A DNA stretch of 63,659 nt from NCBI GenBank assembly GCA_046290225.1, contig JBKAGE010000057.1, positions 1 through 63,659 of the forward strand, in the 5' to 3' direction. Position numbers and translations under genes: made by a program. Shown here one piece after another: positions 32,481-42,203 of the stretch. Position 1 is the stretch's first letter; each line of letters begins with the position of its first letter. The notes beneath the pieces are model-generated. The model searched no databases. It had not been told where the DNA came from and worked only from the letters and a program-made list of their open reading frames with translations. The stretch is from Bradymonadia bacterium. Lineage in GTDB: Bacteria > Myxococcota_A > Bradymonadia > UBA7976 > UBA1532.

Positions 32481-33233
32481 GAGCCCTCCCGAGTCACGGG
32501 TGATCGTGTCATTGAGCACCTCGCGGTACTCGTTGAGTGTGTGCCTGCGGTTCGTCCGCAGGCAATACTCCAGCATCGATGTAAAGATAGCCTCTCGATC
32601 AGGCCTTGCCCAGGCAGGGCTGAGCACATCGCCCCAGCGTGACATGACCTCGATGATGTCCGTAGAGCGGCTGTACTTGAGCACCAACAGTGGCAAGCCG
32701 CCCAGCGCGCCCGCGCGCAGCTCCGCATCAGACATGCGCCACAAGTCGATCAGGTGTGGCTGGATCTCCAGCGGCTGAACCTGCTCTGAAGAGAATAGAG
32801 CGGGTGGTGGGCGCCCATAGAGCTGTGAGAGTCGTCGGGGATGGTGCCACCTGCGTCGGCTGTTGTAGACCACCATCGGATACACCACGGGCAATACATC
32901 AGGCCCACCAGGGAGCCGTGAAGCCTCGAATTGCTCGATGTCGTACAGCGTATACCACGCACATCGCAACGCCATGCGACGCTCCGGCCGGCTCTGCGCT
33001 TCCAGCATTAAACGAAAAATCCAGCGACCACCGCGGCCATCAGCCATGTAGCGGAGATCACCCTCCAGCGCCTCCAGGCGGGCCTCTACGTGCTCGGTGG
33101 GGCTCGCAGAGAACGAAGACAGCTTGAGCTCAGCTCGGATCTCAGGCGCCACGAAGGCCTCGAGGTGGGCCAAGGCGTGCTCGCGTTGCTCGAAGATGGT
33201 CTTGAAGAATCGATCGTGAGGTTTGACAGTCAT
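32250..33233 (-). CDS. Rpn family (PD-(D/E)XK, Transposase_31-like) nuclease
   Basis: PHDRFFKTIF N-terminus, GDLRY...LMLEAQS catalytic region, LPVVYPMVVYN and a C-terminal GxQQGLQEG...LLAQLRLKF tail. Confidence 0.88.
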   Translation of the reverse strand: MTVKPHDRFFKTIFEQREHALAHLEAFVAPEIRAELKLSSFSASPTEHVEARLEALEGDLRYMADGRGGRWIFRLMLEAQSRPERRMALRCAWYTLYDIEQFEASRLPGGPDVLPVVYPMVVYNSRRRWHHPRRLSQLYGRPPPALFSSEQVQPLEIQPHLIDLWRMSDAELRAGALGGLPLLVLKYSRSTDIIEVMSRWGDVLSPAWARPDREAIFTSMLEYCLRTNRRHTLNEYREVLNDTITRDSGGLMETWFTRKLAEEERKGHQQGLQEGLQRMLLAQLRLKFPNASVDLIQSRLADANDETLECYGERVLTATTLDEIFEG

Positions 33234-33456
33234 ATCTCTCGTGCAGGGTCAATCTGCACATGTGTATGGCAACTCTGAGGCCAACCTTTGTCGCGCTCAA
33301 GTGGCCGGAAACAAAGGCGGTTGAGGTCCACCAGACGCTCCCTGTGTGTTCAGCTGTTCAGATTCTCGTCTCTTGACAACCCCGCCGCACCTCCCACAGC
33401 ATCCTGCCCGTGGGAGGGCCCAGCAGCAGCGCCGTGGCCCCAAATAGGAGGCACCC

Positions 33457-36264
33457 ATGAGCGCGTTCCATCGGCTGGATCCGAAGCTTCAGCACGCCAT
33501 CGTCAACCAGCTGGGTTGGAGCAGCCTGCGGCCCGTGCAGGAGCAGGCCTGCGATGCCTTGCTCGACGGCAAGAACGCCGTGGTCCTCGCCCCCACTGCC
33601 GGGGGCAAGACCGAGGCGTCGATGTTCCCTACGCTCTCGCAGCTGATCTCTGATCCGCCCAGGGGCCTCGCCGCCCTCTACATCGCCCCCATCAAGGCCC
33701 TGCTCAACAACCAGGCCGAGCGGCTCGGCGAGTACACCGAGATGGTGGGCCTCGATCGGTTCGTGTGGCACGGCGACGTGGGCAGCAGCGCCAGGCAGAG
33801 GTTCCTCAAGGCCCCTGCCAGCCTGCTCATGACCACCCCGGAGTCCATCGAGGTCATGCTCGCGTCGAAGCGGGTCGACGCTGCCGCTCTGTTCAGCGAT
33901 TTGAGAGTCGTGGTCATCGATGAGGTGCACGCCCTCGCCGGCATCGATCGTGGGGCCCACTTGATGAGCGTGCTCGAGCGCGTCGCCGCCCTCTCTGCCC
34001 ATGATGTGCAGCGGGTAGGCCTCAGCGCCACTGTGGGCAACCCCGGCGACATCCTCACGTGGCTGCAGGGCACCTCGAAGCGCGAGGGCGTGATCATCGA
34101 TCCGCCTAAGAAACCCGCTCGCCGTGAGCTGCTCGTGCTGCACCGGGAGAGCCTCGAAGAGATCGCCCGGGACGCCAGCCAAATGGCCCGTCAGCAAAAG
34201 AGCCTGTTCTTCTGTCAGAGCCGGGCCATGACCGAGCTCGTGGCCGATCAGATGCAGCGTCGCGGCACCACGGTCTACGTGCACCACAGCGCCGTCTCCA
34301 AAGAGGAGCGGGAGATCGCAGAGGCCCAGTTCCACACTGGCAGCGACGCGTGCATCGTGTGCACCAGCACCCTTGAGCTTGGCATCGACGTAGGTGATCT
34401 CGATCGGGTGCTTCAGGCCGAGGCCCCCACCACCGTGAGCGCTTTCTTGCAGCGCATGGGGCGCACAGGCCGGCGGGCGGGCAAGGCCGCCAACACCACC
34501 TTCTTCTGCTCCTCGCCCACAGCGGTGCTCCAGGCCGCCTCGCTCATCGAGCTGGCCCGCGCTGGCTTCGTTGAGTCGGTGAAGATGAGCGATCGGTGCT
34601 GGCCGGTCCTCGTGCATCAGCTGCTGGCCATGGCCCTCGCCGAGGATGGCGTTTTGCCCCGGCAGGCGTGGGCTCACTTGTCGAAGGTGCCTGATCTCGC
34701 AGGCATCACCCAGTCCGAGTTCGAGCGACTCGTGAAGTGGATGGTGGAGCGTCGGGCCCTCGATCGTGTCGGCGGCCGGCTGGTCATCGGCGCCGCCACT
34801 GAGAAGGCCTTTGGGCGGCGTAACTTCATGGAGATGTACGCCGTCTTCAGCAGCCCTCAGACCTACATGGTCACCACCACGGCGAAGCAGCCCGTGGGTC
34901 ACCTCGAGCAAGAGTTCGTCGATCGCCTCGCTGAGGGGGCCAGCTGCTTCCTGCTCGGGGGTCGGCCGTGGCGGGTCAGCCTCATCGAGCACGACAACCG
35001 CCGCGTCGAGGTGGTCCCCGCGAGCAAGGGGGAACAACCCTCGTGGTCAGGGCACCTGCCGCAGTTCCTGGGCTTCGAGATGTGTCAGCACATGCTTGAC
35101 CTGCTTGGCGACGAGCGGGTGCCGCGGTGGATGCACCCCTCAGCTGTGGAGGTGTTGCAAGAAGAGCGGGCTGATCTGAAGGCCAGAGGGGTGCTGCCTT
35201 ATACATGGCCCGCCTTGGAGCCTGCAGGCGACGACAAGAAGCCCGGCGTGCGGTGGTGGACCTTTGCCGGTGGGCAAATCAACAACACCTTGCGATATGC
35301 CATCCACGCCTGCGCCCCCGACTGGCAGATCGTGCCCGGCAACCTCGCCGTGCGCATCATGGGTGAGGGGGTTGATCTCAACAGCGTGCGCGAGGTGCTC
35401 GGGCGGATCACCGATGCCGAGTTTTGGGAAGATGAGAAGCTCTGGCGCGAGATCGCCGACGATCTGCCCAACTATCGCCTGAGCAAGTTCCAGCCCTTTA
35501 TGCCGCTGTGGGTCTCTCAGGAGATGGTGGCCAGCTTCCTGCTCGATCTTGAGGGCACTTGGCGATGGCTCGGCGGCGCCCAGGGCGATGCGCCCGCGTC
35601 GAAGCTGAAGGTGGTTCAGGCCGCCGTCGATGCCGCCAGGGCTGCTGCGCCGTCGAGCCCCACGACCTCACCTCGGGATTGGTCCGAGGTGCGCGCGCGC
35701 CTCGATGCCGAGGTGGAGCTGCCTGCACCCCCTGAAGCCGCGCGGCCACACAACCCCATTCGATGGGTAGAGACCTTCGCTGAGCTTGAGGAGATGTGTG
35801 CCGAGCTTGGGAAGGCCAAGGTCATCGGTCTCGACGTTGAGACCACGATGAATCGAGCGCTTTGCTTGATCCAGGTCGGCACACATCAATGGAGCGCTCT
35901 CGTCGACCCGTTGCTCATCGACGATCTTGACCCACTCAAGGCAATCTTCGAAGACGCGTCCGTCATTAAGGTGATCCACAACGCCACCTTCGAGAAGGGT
36001 GTGCTTGGAGGCCTTGGGATTGGCATCGAGAACATCTACGACACCATGAAGGTGTCTCGACAACTACGGAAGATCAAAGGCAAGGGCATGAACACCCTGG
36101 CTACGGTGTGCAAGCGCGAGCTCGATCTCGTCATCGACAAGGTGCCCCAGACCAGCAACTGGCGTCGGCGACCGCTTACGCCGCGACAGCGCGACTACGC
36201 CGCCCTCGACGCCGAGATCTTGCTCAAGCTCTACGATGTCTTCGAGTCGGAGATGCTCCTGTAA
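33457..36264 (+). CDS. brxHI: BrxHI Lhr-like DEAD/DEAH helicase with a fused C-terminal DEDDy 3'-5' exonuclease domain
   Basis: Helicase motifs APTAGGKT, DEVH, SAT, TSTLELGIDVG and QRMGRTGRR. C-terminal GLDVET, KVIHNATFE, IYDT and SNWRRRPL...DYAALDA. AGGAGG RBS. Confidence 0.88.
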   Translation: MSAFHRLDPKLQHAIVNQLGWSSLRPVQEQACDALLDGKNAVVLAPTAGGKTEASMFPTLSQLISDPPRGLAALYIAPIKALLNNQAERLGEYTEMVGLDRFVWHGDVGSSARQRFLKAPASLLMTTPESIEVMLASKRVDAAALFSDLRVVVIDEVHALAGIDRGAHLMSVLERVAALSAHDVQRVGLSATVGNPGDILTWLQGTSKREGVIIDPPKKPARRELLVLHRESLEEIARDASQMARQQKSLFFCQSRAMTELVADQMQRRGTTVYVHHSAVSKEEREIAEAQFHTGSDACIVCTSTLELGIDVGDLDRVLQAEAPTTVSAFLQRMGRTGRRAGKAANTTFFCSSPTAVLQAASLIELARAGFVESVKMSDRCWPVLVHQLLAMALAEDGVLPRQAWAHLSKVPDLAGITQSEFERLVKWMVERRALDRVGGRLVIGAATEKAFGRRNFMEMYAVFSSPQTYMVTTTAKQPVGHLEQEFVDRLAEGASCFLLGGRPWRVSLIEHDNRRVEVVPASKGEQPSWSGHLPQFLGFEMCQHMLDLLGDERVPRWMHPSAVEVLQEERADLKARGVLPYTWPALEPAGDDKKPGVRWWTFAGGQINNTLRYAIHACAPDWQIVPGNLAVRIMGEGVDLNSVREVLGRITDAEFWEDEKLWREIADDLPNYRLSKFQPFMPLWVSQEMVASFLLDLEGTWRWLGGAQGDAPASKLKVVQAAVDAARAAAPSSPTTSPRDWSEVRARLDAEVELPAPPEAARPHNPIRWVETFAELEEMCAELGKAKVIGLDVETTMNRALCLIQVGTHQWSALVDPLLIDDLDPLKAIFEDASVIKVIHNATFEKGVLGGLGIGIENIYDTMKVSRQLRKIKGKGMNTLATVCKRELDLVIDKVPQTSNWRRRPLTPRQRDYAALDAEILLKLYDVFESEMLL

Positions 36265-36266
36265 GC

Positions 36267-36689
36267 TCAGCCCTGAGCAAAGCTGCTCTGCGCGTACAGC
36301 TCCACGAAGCGCGCCGGGGGCGGCGCCATCGGATCACCCTCCAGCGTCACCGCCAGGGACTCGATCATCGCCCGATCGTCCGGCGTCACCTCGAAGCGAT
36401 CCACCAGCGTGGCGTAGAGCGCCTGCTCCGTGGGGTCCACCTCACCGTCGATGCGGGCCATCAGATACACCCGGGCCGCCACAAACACCCCATCGGCGTA
36501 TTGCTCGATCGCCTGCACCAGCGTCTCGCGATCCGTCTCCGCCGCAGCAACGAGCAGCGCGTCCACCGAATCCCATGGATCATCAGGGGTGAGCACATCG
36601 GCGAGCATTTGCCGCTCTTCCTCGGTGATTTTGCCGTCAGCGAGGGCCATCTGGCCCAGGAGCAGCCAGGCCGCCTCGTGGGTCTTCAT
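36267..36689 (-). CDS. TerB-like protein
   Basis: Two TerB half-motifs, MALADGKITEEE and MARIDGEVDPTE. Confidence 0.75.
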   Translation of the reverse strand: MKTHEAAWLLLGQMALADGKITEEERQMLADVLTPDDPWDSVDALLVAAAETDRETLVQAIEQYADGVFVAARVYLMARIDGEVDPTEQALYATLVDRFEVTPDDRAMIESLAVTLEGDPMAPPPARFVELYAQSSFAQG

Positions 36690-36729
36690 GCAGAACTCCG
36701 GTGTTGTCGGGATGACTCGTCATACCCCA

Positions 36730-37461
36730 TCAGGGCGTCGAGCGCCCGAGATCTATCGTGCGCTCGATCAGCGCCGCCTCTTGCCGCTGCGCTTCTGTGG
36801 CCGAGTCGCCCATCCCCGCCATACGGGCCCGCCACCAGCGGGCCTTGATGCTCAGCCAGGCCTCGAAGCAGGGCCCGCGGCGCACCCGAGCCACAGGGCC
36901 CAGCACCGCGTCTTCAAAACTGAGCGGCGAACCGCCTCGATCAGCCACCATCACCAGATAGAAGTGGCGGCCGTCCACCACGAAGCGCTCGTCCGTCAGC
37001 GTGTAGCCTTGCGCGACGAGCGTGTGGCGGACCAGGGCCAGGCGGCTCTGAGGCTGTACGATCAGGCGCTCCACCCCCAGCGGGGCCGGCGGATCAGCCG
37101 TGAGGATCTCCTCCATCGTCTCCCCACCCATCCCGCAGATCGTCACCGTGTGCGCTTCGCCAGCGTGTAGCTGCGACAGGCCCGAGCCCAGGCGCAGAGA
37201 CACCCGATCACCGAACCCCTCCAGGTGGCGCTTTGCGAAGGAGAGGGGTCCCCGGGCCACATCCATGGCCAGAACTGAGGGGGTGTGCCCGCTCGCCAGC
37301 AGTGCTCGGGGCAGGTGACCGTGATCTGTGCCCACGTCCGCCACTGTGACCCCCGCCGGCACGTGCGCCGCCACCGCGCCCAGGCGGGGCGTCAGCTCGT
37401 GGGCGGCGAACGGGGGAGGCGTCACCCCTCGGGGTAGATGTGCAGGACTACGCCAGCTCAT
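36730..37461 (-). CDS. trmK: tRNA (adenine22-N1)-methyltransferase TrmK family
   Basis: RLGAVA...ADVGTDHGHLP, RLGSGL, ICGMGG and LIVQPQ motifs. Confidence 0.85.
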   Translation of the reverse strand: MSWRSPAHLPRGVTPPPFAAHELTPRLGAVAAHVPAGVTVADVGTDHGHLPRALLASGHTPSVLAMDVARGPLSFAKRHLEGFGDRVSLRLGSGLSQLHAGEAHTVTICGMGGETMEEILTADPPAPLGVERLIVQPQSRLALVRHTLVAQGYTLTDERFVVDGRHFYLVMVADRGGSPLSFEDAVLGPVARVRRGPCFEAWLSIKARWWRARMAGMGDSATEAQRQEAALIERTIDLGRSTP

Positions 37462-40400
37462 GGCTGCTCCAGGGTGTGTCGTACCGCCAGCGAGAGGCCC
37501 TCGTGGGTGGTGGTCGTGCCATCGGGCCAGCGGACCTGCGCTGTGGCCTTCGTCGTATCTCGATCACCTCGGCCACCGCCGAAGAACAGCGCGCCGCTGG
37601 ACTGGCTCAGATAGCCGTGACCTGCGTGGATCTCCTGGGTTTGAGGCGTCAACCCCGGCACATGAACCGTCACCCGAGCCCCTACAGCGGTCAGGTTGCC
37701 TAGTGGGCCTTTCAGCGCGATCACCAGGGGCCATTGCCCTGGCATGCCCTGATGCTGCCAGCCGTGCACCGGGCCGTCGTTCTGAGCCATCAGCAGATCG
37801 GGCCACTGATCCCGGTTGAAGTCGCCCACCACCAGGGCCGTGGCATCACCAGACATCATCAACCCCGAGTCAGCCGGTGACATCGCCTCGAAGCCGCCCT
37901 TGCCATCGCCTTGCAGAACGAGCCCCACCCCACCATCCATGCGGCCGGTCTCGATCTGAGGGCCGAAGAAGTTCTGGGCCAGCACGAGGTCGAGGTGAGC
38001 ATCACCGTCGAGAGAGGTGAGCACCGTACCAAAGGCCGGTGAGCCCTGGGCGATGTGGGGTAGGGGGCTGAAGGTGAAGCGCCCGCTGCCCTCGTTGATG
38101 AGCACACCTGACTCCAGGGTTCGAGCTTCCAGGCTCAGCGCCTGGTCGAGGGCACCGCCGGCGAAGACCTGATCGAGCGGATCCTGAGCGAAGGCCTCGA
38201 AGCTGTCGTACTTCTCCCGGACCGAAGGGATGGCGTTGCTCAGACAGCTGCGACCGCGGATCGTGTAGGGGGTGTCATCCTCGAACTCCGCCTCCACGAG
38301 GCGATCAGCACCTGTCTTGTCGAACTTGCCGTAATAGATGCGCGCTGGGGCCCGCTTCGAGGCGTGATATTTGGTGTTGAGCCCGAAGTTGGTCACCACA
38401 TAGTCCATGTCGCCGTCTCCATCGACGTCGCCGCTCGTGATGCCGTTCCACCAGCCCGTGAGATCCGCGAGCCCTGCCTGGGTTGTGGCTTCGACCAGCT
38501 CGCCTGGGCCCTCTGCTTTGAATGCCTTGTTCTCGAACAGCTTGATCGGGCCCCACTCACAGGTGAGCCACAGGTCGGGATCCCCATCGTCATCAGCGTC
38601 GGACCAGAGGGCCCCTGTGACCATGCAGGGCCGTCTCAAGTCAGGGGCGAGGGTGTCCGTGACGTCGGTGAAGAGGCCGCCATCATTGCGCAGCAACTGA
38701 CTCACTGGGGCCAGTGGATAGCGCCCAGGCTGAACCCGACCGCCGATGAAGAGATCGAGATCACCATCGCCGTCGAAGTCGGCGGCGGCGACACCACCCC
38801 CAGAATATGTACCCGAGTGGTCAGGGACACGGGGGATCACCCCATCGACGGCACGATCCAGTGTGCCGTTGTCGTTCAGATAGAGCCGGTCGACGAGGTG
38901 CTTTGATCCCTGGGCCGACTCCACCCCACCGCTGACGACCAGCAGATCCTGATCGCCGTCGCTGTCAGCGTCGAGCCAGAGGGCGCCCATGTCTTCTGAG
39001 GCAATGTGCCGGTCAAGGGCTGTGGCCTCCATGGGCCCCACACCAAGACGAAAGAGCTGACCGGCGCGACCTGCTGCGCCGCCGACGAACAGCTCGCTTC
39101 GACCATTGCCATCCACATCTCCGAGAGCCAGGGCAGGGCCGAGCTGGGAGAGCTGATTGGGCAGCAGAGGCTGGGCATCGAAGTCGTCGAAGGGGCGCTC
39201 CTGGTGAGGTGCGAGGCCCTTGAGCGACATCGGGGCGAAGCGTGATCTCGCAATCGGTCGAGTCAGCGCTGGGGTGTGTCGGGCAGGCTCGGTGACCGTG
39301 TAGCGAAAGCCCGGGGAGAGCTGAGTGAAGCGCTGTTGGCGGCCAGAAGGCCAGTCCACCTCCAGGGCCTGCACGCGCCCGTGAGCGCCAAGGCCGAAGA
39401 CCAGATGGGGGGCGTCGCTGGCCATGAAGCCCGTCGTGGGCATCAGCTGTTGAGTCTGGGTGCCCGCAGCAGTGATGACCCGCACGGTGGCGCCCAGGCC
39501 GTGGGTGTTCTGGCCCTGGCCGCGCAGGCGCACCACGATGCGGTTCGATTGCCTGCTGTGGTTCTCGTAGAGCCGGACCGGACCGTCGAGGTTTACACCC
39601 ACGAGGTCGAGATCCCCGTCTTTGTCGAGATCACCCCAGGCGGCGGCGTAGCTCATGCCCACGTGGTCAAGACCCCAGGCCTGCCCCGAGGACTCGAAGC
39701 GCAGCCCCCCCTGATTGTGAAAGGCGAGGTTGCGCTCCGGGCGGGTCGGCGTGCTCTCGTGCAGGTCCCATTGTGTGTGGCCGACGAGGGCCTCGAGGGT
39801 TTCGGGACGATCGGAGTGGTTGAAGGTCCGCGCCACCCCATTGGTGAAGTACACGTCGGCGCGGCCATCGAGATCGACGTCGCCGATCTTCACCGCCCAG
39901 GTCCAGTCCGTGTCGCCCATGCCCGTGAGGCGGGCGTACTCGGCGAAGCGCTCGGACCCCGTGTTCACGAAGACCGCGTTGCGCATGTATTGCGGTGGGG
40001 TGTAGCGCTTCAGCTTCCAGGCCAGATCACCCATATTGCCCATCGAGGTCTTCTGCCCATAGTGGGTCGTGGGCGACATGTCGGCGACGATGAGATCGAG
40101 CCTGCCGTCGTTGTCGAGATCGCCGGCGTCCGAGCCCATGGAGTACCAAGTGGTGTGGGGCAACAGCTGCGCTTTGACGTCGGTGAAGGTGCCGTCGCCG
40201 GCGTTGCGATAGAGGTGATCGGGATCATCGAAGTCGTTGGCCACGTACAGATCGAGATCACCGTCGGCATCGAAGTCCCACCACACCGCAGAGAGCCCGT
40301 GACCCGGGCCGCGATCGATGCCCGCCTCGGCGCTGACGTCGACGAACCGGCCGTCGTCGTTGCGCAACAGTCGATCAGGTCGGCCCACGTCGTCGATGGC

Positions 40401-41189
40401 GAACTTCGAGGGGCCCACCTGGGCCAGGGCGAGGTACCTGCTGTACTCCGCCTTCACCTGTTGTCGTCCGTTGACAATTTCCACCGGCGGCTGCGCCGGG
40501 CGCCCTTTTGGCAGGTAGTAGCGATAGGTCAGCAGGTAGACGTCGAGATCACCATCGCCGTCGTAGTCGGCGAAGTAGGGCATCGTGGTGGCGTCGCGGA
40601 GATCGAGCCCCATGGAGGCGCCCTGCTCGGTGAATCGCCCGGTGCCGTCATTGATGAACGCGTGGTTCGGGGCGTCGTAATGCCCCACGTACAGATCGAG
40701 ATCGCCATCCGCGTCGAGATCGACGAAGGCGGCCCCCGTGCTCCAGAGATCTCCGCCGTCCAGGGTGGGGCTGAGGTGGGTGATCTCTTCAAAGACCATG
40801 GGCTTCACCTGGCGGAACAGCCCGTTTTTTCTCGGCCCGCTGGCGATGAAGACGTCGATGAGATCATCACCATCAACGTCACCCAATGCCACACCACCAC
40901 CTGCTGTACCTGAGTAGTACAGGTACTTTTGAGGGTGGGTGGTGTCGATGGGGTGCTCGGTGGTGAGCCCGCTCGCCTCAGGCAAGTGCGTCTCGAAGAG
41001 CGGGCCGGTGTGCGGGCCCTGAGGCCGGAGCGGCTCTTTCTGAAGGCTGGTGATCTCTTTGCCTTCGCGCTGTGGGTCGACGCTGTCCCGCAACGGGGCG
41101 TCTTCGCCCTTGGGCGCTGTGGGTTCGCTCGAGCGCTCGGCGCAGCCAATGCTCGTCATGAGGGCGAGAGTGAAGATCCTGCGTTTCAT
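37458..41189 (-). CDS. FG-GAP/VCBS-repeat lipoprotein with ASPIC/UnbV domains (CRTAC1-like)
   Basis: Many DxDGDGDLD repeats, two GAxVxV...V.WP.G ASPIC/UnbV segments and a lipobox-like SIGC. Confidence 0.9.
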   Translation of the reverse strand: MKRRIFTLALMTSIGCAERSSEPTAPKGEDAPLRDSVDPQREGKEITSLQKEPLRPQGPHTGPLFETHLPEASGLTTEHPIDTTHPQKYLYYSGTAGGGVALGDVDGDDLIDVFIASGPRKNGLFRQVKPMVFEEITHLSPTLDGGDLWSTGAAFVDLDADGDLDLYVGHYDAPNHAFINDGTGRFTEQGASMGLDLRDATTMPYFADYDGDGDLDVYLLTYRYYLPKGRPAQPPVEIVNGRQQVKAEYSRYLALAQVGPSKFAIDDVGRPDRLLRNDDGRFVDVSAEAGIDRGPGHGLSAVWWDFDADGDLDLYVANDFDDPDHLYRNAGDGTFTDVKAQLLPHTTWYSMGSDAGDLDNDGRLDLIVADMSPTTHYGQKTSMGNMGDLAWKLKRYTPPQYMRNAVFVNTGSERFAEYARLTGMGDTDWTWAVKIGDVDLDGRADVYFTNGVARTFNHSDRPETLEALVGHTQWDLHESTPTRPERNLAFHNQGGLRFESSGQAWGLDHVGMSYAAAWGDLDKDGDLDLVGVNLDGPVRLYENHSRQSNRIVVRLRGQGQNTHGLGATVRVITAAGTQTQQLMPTTGFMASDAPHLVFGLGAHGRVQALEVDWPSGRQQRFTQLSPGFRYTVTEPARHTPALTRPIARSRFAPMSLKGLAPHQERPFDDFDAQPLLPNQLSQLGPALALGDVDGNGRSELFVGGAAGRAGQLFRLGVGPMEATALDRHIASEDMGALWLDADSDGDQDLLVVSGGVESAQGSKHLVDRLYLNDNGTLDRAVDGVIPRVPDHSGTYSGGGVAAADFDGDGDLDLFIGGRVQPGRYPLAPVSQLLRNDGGLFTDVTDTLAPDLRRPCMVTGALWSDADDDGDPDLWLTCEWGPIKLFENKAFKAEGPGELVEATTQAGLADLTGWWNGITSGDVDGDGDMDYVVTNFGLNTKYHASKRAPARIYYGKFDKTGADRLVEAEFEDDTPYTIRGRSCLSNAIPSVREKYDSFEAFAQDPLDQVFAGGALDQALSLEARTLESGVLINEGSGRFTFSPLPHIAQGSPAFGTVLTSLDGDAHLDLVLAQNFFGPQIETGRMDGGVGLVLQGDGKGGFEAMSPADSGLMMSGDATALVVGDFNRDQWPDLLMAQNDGPVHGWQHQGMPGQWPLVIALKGPLGNLTAVGARVTVHVPGLTPQTQEIHAGHGYLSQSSGALFFGGGRGDRDTTKATAQVRWPDGTTTTHEGLSLAVRHTLEQP

Positions 41190-41382
41190 GCTTGTGGAGT
41201 CATCAGGTCATGGCGGCGATGTCAACCGCGACAGCATGTGATGTCCGTGCATGGGTGGCCGAGGACATGGCTGTTCCAGTGACCAGTGACTGTCTCCTGT
41301 GCACCCCAGTGTGGCAGGTCGAGTCGCCAACTTTTCTGCAGAAAGGCTGAATAACCCCTGAAAACACCGTGGCGCGGCGATT

Positions 41383-41398
41383 CGGCACAGCCCATGCA
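41383..41398 (+). promoter_or_regulatory. Candidate sigma54 -24/-12 promoter
   Basis: CGGCAC-AGCCC-ATGCA (GG-N10-GC), about 70 nt upstream of ATG 41469. Confidence 0.4.
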
Positions 41399-41468
41399 AA
41401 AGCTTCATTTCGCCATGCGCTTCACCCAGTGCATGCCATTCGAGACACGTCACCAAAAGGAGGCTCCC

Positions 41469-42200
41469 ATGCTCACAGTCGATCGCATGCCACGAGACAG
41501 CGAACTGGCCATGAGTGGGGGCACATTGGGCGAGCGTATCGAAGAGACCGTCAGCCTCTGGCGGCGTGACTTGGTCATCTTCGGCGTGGTCGGGGCCTGC
41601 ATCGCAGCCCCCCTCATGGCCGCCGTTGCGGTGGAGAGTACCTTCGTGCGGCTGCTCATCAGCCTGCCGGTCTTCGCCGGCGCTGTCCTCGCCGTGGCGC
41701 TCTTCGCCCCTACAGTGTGTCGTCGACGTCGCGGTTTGGGGCATGGCATGCGCCATACCGTCTCCGTGGCCCTCGCTCGGATGCCGGCGTTGTTGCTCGT
41801 CGGTGTCATCACCGCCGCCGTGGCCATGGCGCCCACCCTCGCTGCCTGGGGCGCCATTCGAGGGTTCGAGCTGGGGTTGCTCGGCAGCGCAGCGCTCCTG
41901 GGTGCCAGCGCACTCGGCGCCGCATATGGTGGGTCCCGGTTGCTCATGGCGGCCCCCGCCATGGTGGCTGAGGACATGAACATCAAAGCATCGATCCATC
42001 GCAGCCTGGTCATGACCCGGGGTGAGGCTCTCACTGTCATGCCCGTGCTCATGTTCGCCGGTGGCACGGTGGTCCTCGGGGCGCTGCTCCCTGGCTGGAT
42101 GGGTGTGTCGAGCCTCTACTTGATGCCGCTGTGTATCGCTGGCATCAGCCTGGGCGCTGTGGCGCTGGCGTGTACTTACATGTGGCTTCGGGGGGATTGA
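41469..42200 (+). CDS. Polytopic membrane protein
   Basis: About six hydrophobic helices; AAGGAGG RBS before ATG 41469. Confidence 0.75.
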   Translation: MLTVDRMPRDSELAMSGGTLGERIEETVSLWRRDLVIFGVVGACIAAPLMAAVAVESTFVRLLISLPVFAGAVLAVALFAPTVCRRRRGLGHGMRHTVSVALARMPALLLVGVITAAVAMAPTLAAWGAIRGFELGLLGSAALLGASALGAAYGGSRLLMAAPAMVAEDMNIKASIHRSLVMTRGEALTVMPVLMFAGGTVVLGALLPGWMGVSSLYLMPLCIAGISLGAVALACTYMWLRGD

Positions 42201-42203
42201 GCG

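Noticed and set aside
32250..33233. Rpn gene as an IS transposase
   Set aside because: No terminal inverted repeats or target duplication were seen, and the family's transposase label is not supported by demonstrated transposition.
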